From an uncultured Alphaproteobacteria bacterium (GTDB lineage: Bacteria > Pseudomonadota > Alphaproteobacteria > Rhizobiales > Kaistiaceae), in assembly GCA_963759235.1 (NCBI GenBank), contig CAVWYO010000009.1, positions 90,499 through 154,498 of the forward strand: 64,000 nt of DNA, in the 5' to 3' direction. Numbering within the stretch: position 1 is the first letter of the stretch; each line of letters begins with the position of its first letter. The notes under the pieces were generated by a model. That model was not told the origin of the DNA. It was given only the letters and a program-made list of their open reading frames with translations, and searched no databases. The position numbers and the translations under genes were made by a program. Of this stretch, positions 63,060 to 64,000 are shown in pieces.

Positions 63060-64000
63060 CTACCGTGGCAGGCTTGTCTCGCCCATCAGGTACTCGTCGA
63101 TGGCGCGGGCCGCCTGGCGGCCCTCGCGGATCGCCCACACCACCAGCGACTGGCCGCGGCGCATGTCGCCGCAGGCGAACACCTTGTCGAGGCTGGACTG
63201 ATACCGGTCGGTGTCGGCGGCGACATTGCCGCGCTTGTCGAGGGCGACGCCGAGCGCCTCGATCATCCCGTCCTGGACGGGGCCGAGGAAGCCCATGGCG
63301 AGGAGGACGAGATCGGCCTCGAGGGCGAATTCGGTGCCTTCGATCGGCTTCATCTTGTCGTCGATGCGGATGCAGTGAAGGAGCTTCACCCGCCCGTCTT
63401 CGCCGGAGAATTTCTCTGTCATCACCGAGAAGTCGCGCTCGGCGCCTTCCTCCTGGCTCGACGAGGTCCTGAGCTTCAGCGGCCAGTCCGGCCAGGTCAG
63501 CGACTTGTTCTCCCTTTCCGGCGGGCGCGGCAGAATCTCGAGCTGGGTGACCGACGCCGCTCCCTGGCGGAACGACGTGCCGATGCAGTCGGAGCCGGTG
63601 TCGCCACCGCCGATCACCACCACGTGCTTGCCGCCGGCGAGGATCGGCATGACGTTGCCGAGCGGCTCGTCGCTCACCCGCCGGTTCTGCTGCGGCAGGA
63701 ACTCCATGGCGAAATGGACGCCGTCGAGGTCGCGGCCAGGGATCGGCAGGTCGCGCGGCTTCTCGGCGCCGGTGGCAAGCGCGATGGCGTCGTGGCGTGC
63801 GACCAGCTCATTGATGTCGGCTTCGATGCCGACATGGACATTGCAGTGGAAGACGACGCCCTCGGCTTCCATCTGCATGACGCGTCGCGCCACGTGGCTC
63901 TTCTCCATCTTGAAGTCGGGAATGCCGTAGCGGAGCAAGCCGCCGGGCGTGGCGTTCTTCTCGTAGACGTGCACCTCGTGGCCGGCCCGGCGGAGCTGCT
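63060..64000 (-). CDS. gltD: glutamate synthase small subunit, C-terminal ~313 codons (5' end off-window)
   Basis: ...[16 protein letters not shown]..., [41 protein letters not shown]. The frame stays open to nt 64000. Confidence 0.9.
   Translation of the reverse strand, partial: QLRRAGHEVHVYEKNATPGGLLRYGIPDFKMEKSHVARRVMQMEAEGVVFHCNVHVGIEADINELVARHDAIALATGAEKPRDLPIPGRDLDGVHFAMEFLPQQNRRVSDEPLGNVMPILAGGKHVVVIGGGDTGSDCIGTSFRQGAASVTQLEILPRPPERENKSLTWPDWPLKLRTSSSQEEGAERDFSVMTEKFSGEDGRVKLLHCIRIDDKMKPIEGTEFALEADLVLLAMGFLGPVQDGMIEALGVALDKRGNVAADTDRYQSSLDKVFACGDMRRGQSLVVWAIREGRQAARAIDEYLMGETSLPR

Overview
High-GC, alphaproteobacterial (Rhizobiales-like) chromosomal segment. All calls come from reading the sequence and the ORF track, with motif recognition from memory; no database search was run.

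Layout:
- (i) 1-4402: the 5' ~1467 codons of a cyclic beta-1,2-glucan synthase (minus strand). It is missing from the ORF track because its stop lies off-window.
- (ii) 4.5-5.7 kb: small proteins, including CspA.
- (iii) ~5.9-21.1 kb: a mosaic accessory stretch that ends at a tRNA-Ser(CGA). It contains a truncated transglutaminase-like stub, a serine-recombinase fragment, an IS91 transposase remnant, an intact TRAP transporter operon, a truncated shikimate-dehydrogenase-like stub, and a frameshifted serine recombinase. It also holds prophage relics (DUF3489, P27-type small terminase, HGGxSTG relic) and two membrane proteins, one a TM-anchored ClpP-fold protein with an internal ~40% GC patch. 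Finally there is a nested IS21 pair: one complete element sits inside another that keeps its 6-bp target-site duplication.
- (iv) 21.3-32.4 kb: an IlvD/Edd-family dehydratase, then a three-gene minus-strand operon of a LysM/FecR-like secreted protein, a 1610-aa protein with 15 PKD repeats, and a Cache/HAMP class III adenylate cyclase. This is my best candidate for an undescribed envelope-sensing system.
- (v) 32.5-64 kb: mostly housekeeping or ordinary genes. These are DUF883/YqjE-like stress proteins with an EcfG-like promoter, an AI-2E transporter, an epimerase-GGT-amidase operon, DUF1007, a PuuD-like amidotransferase, indolepyruvate:ferredoxin oxidoreductase, a 5'-nucleotidase, hemH, an SPFH/NfeD pair, kpsF, galU, galE, a LuxR regulator with a frameshifted RTX protein, a lytic transglycosylase, DUF459, a short MetE-like protein, a RelE/ParE-XRE toxin-antitoxin pair, and the 3' part of gltD.

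The last gene of the epimerase-GGT-amidase operon is a deoxyribosyltransferase-like + TPR (DUF4071/ASK-N-terminal-like) protein, my second candidate.

No CRISPR array and no rRNA were seen. Many long ORFs in the track are mirror-frame artefacts of high-GC genes. The track uses ATG/GTG/TTG and reports the longest ORF, so several true starts are internal.
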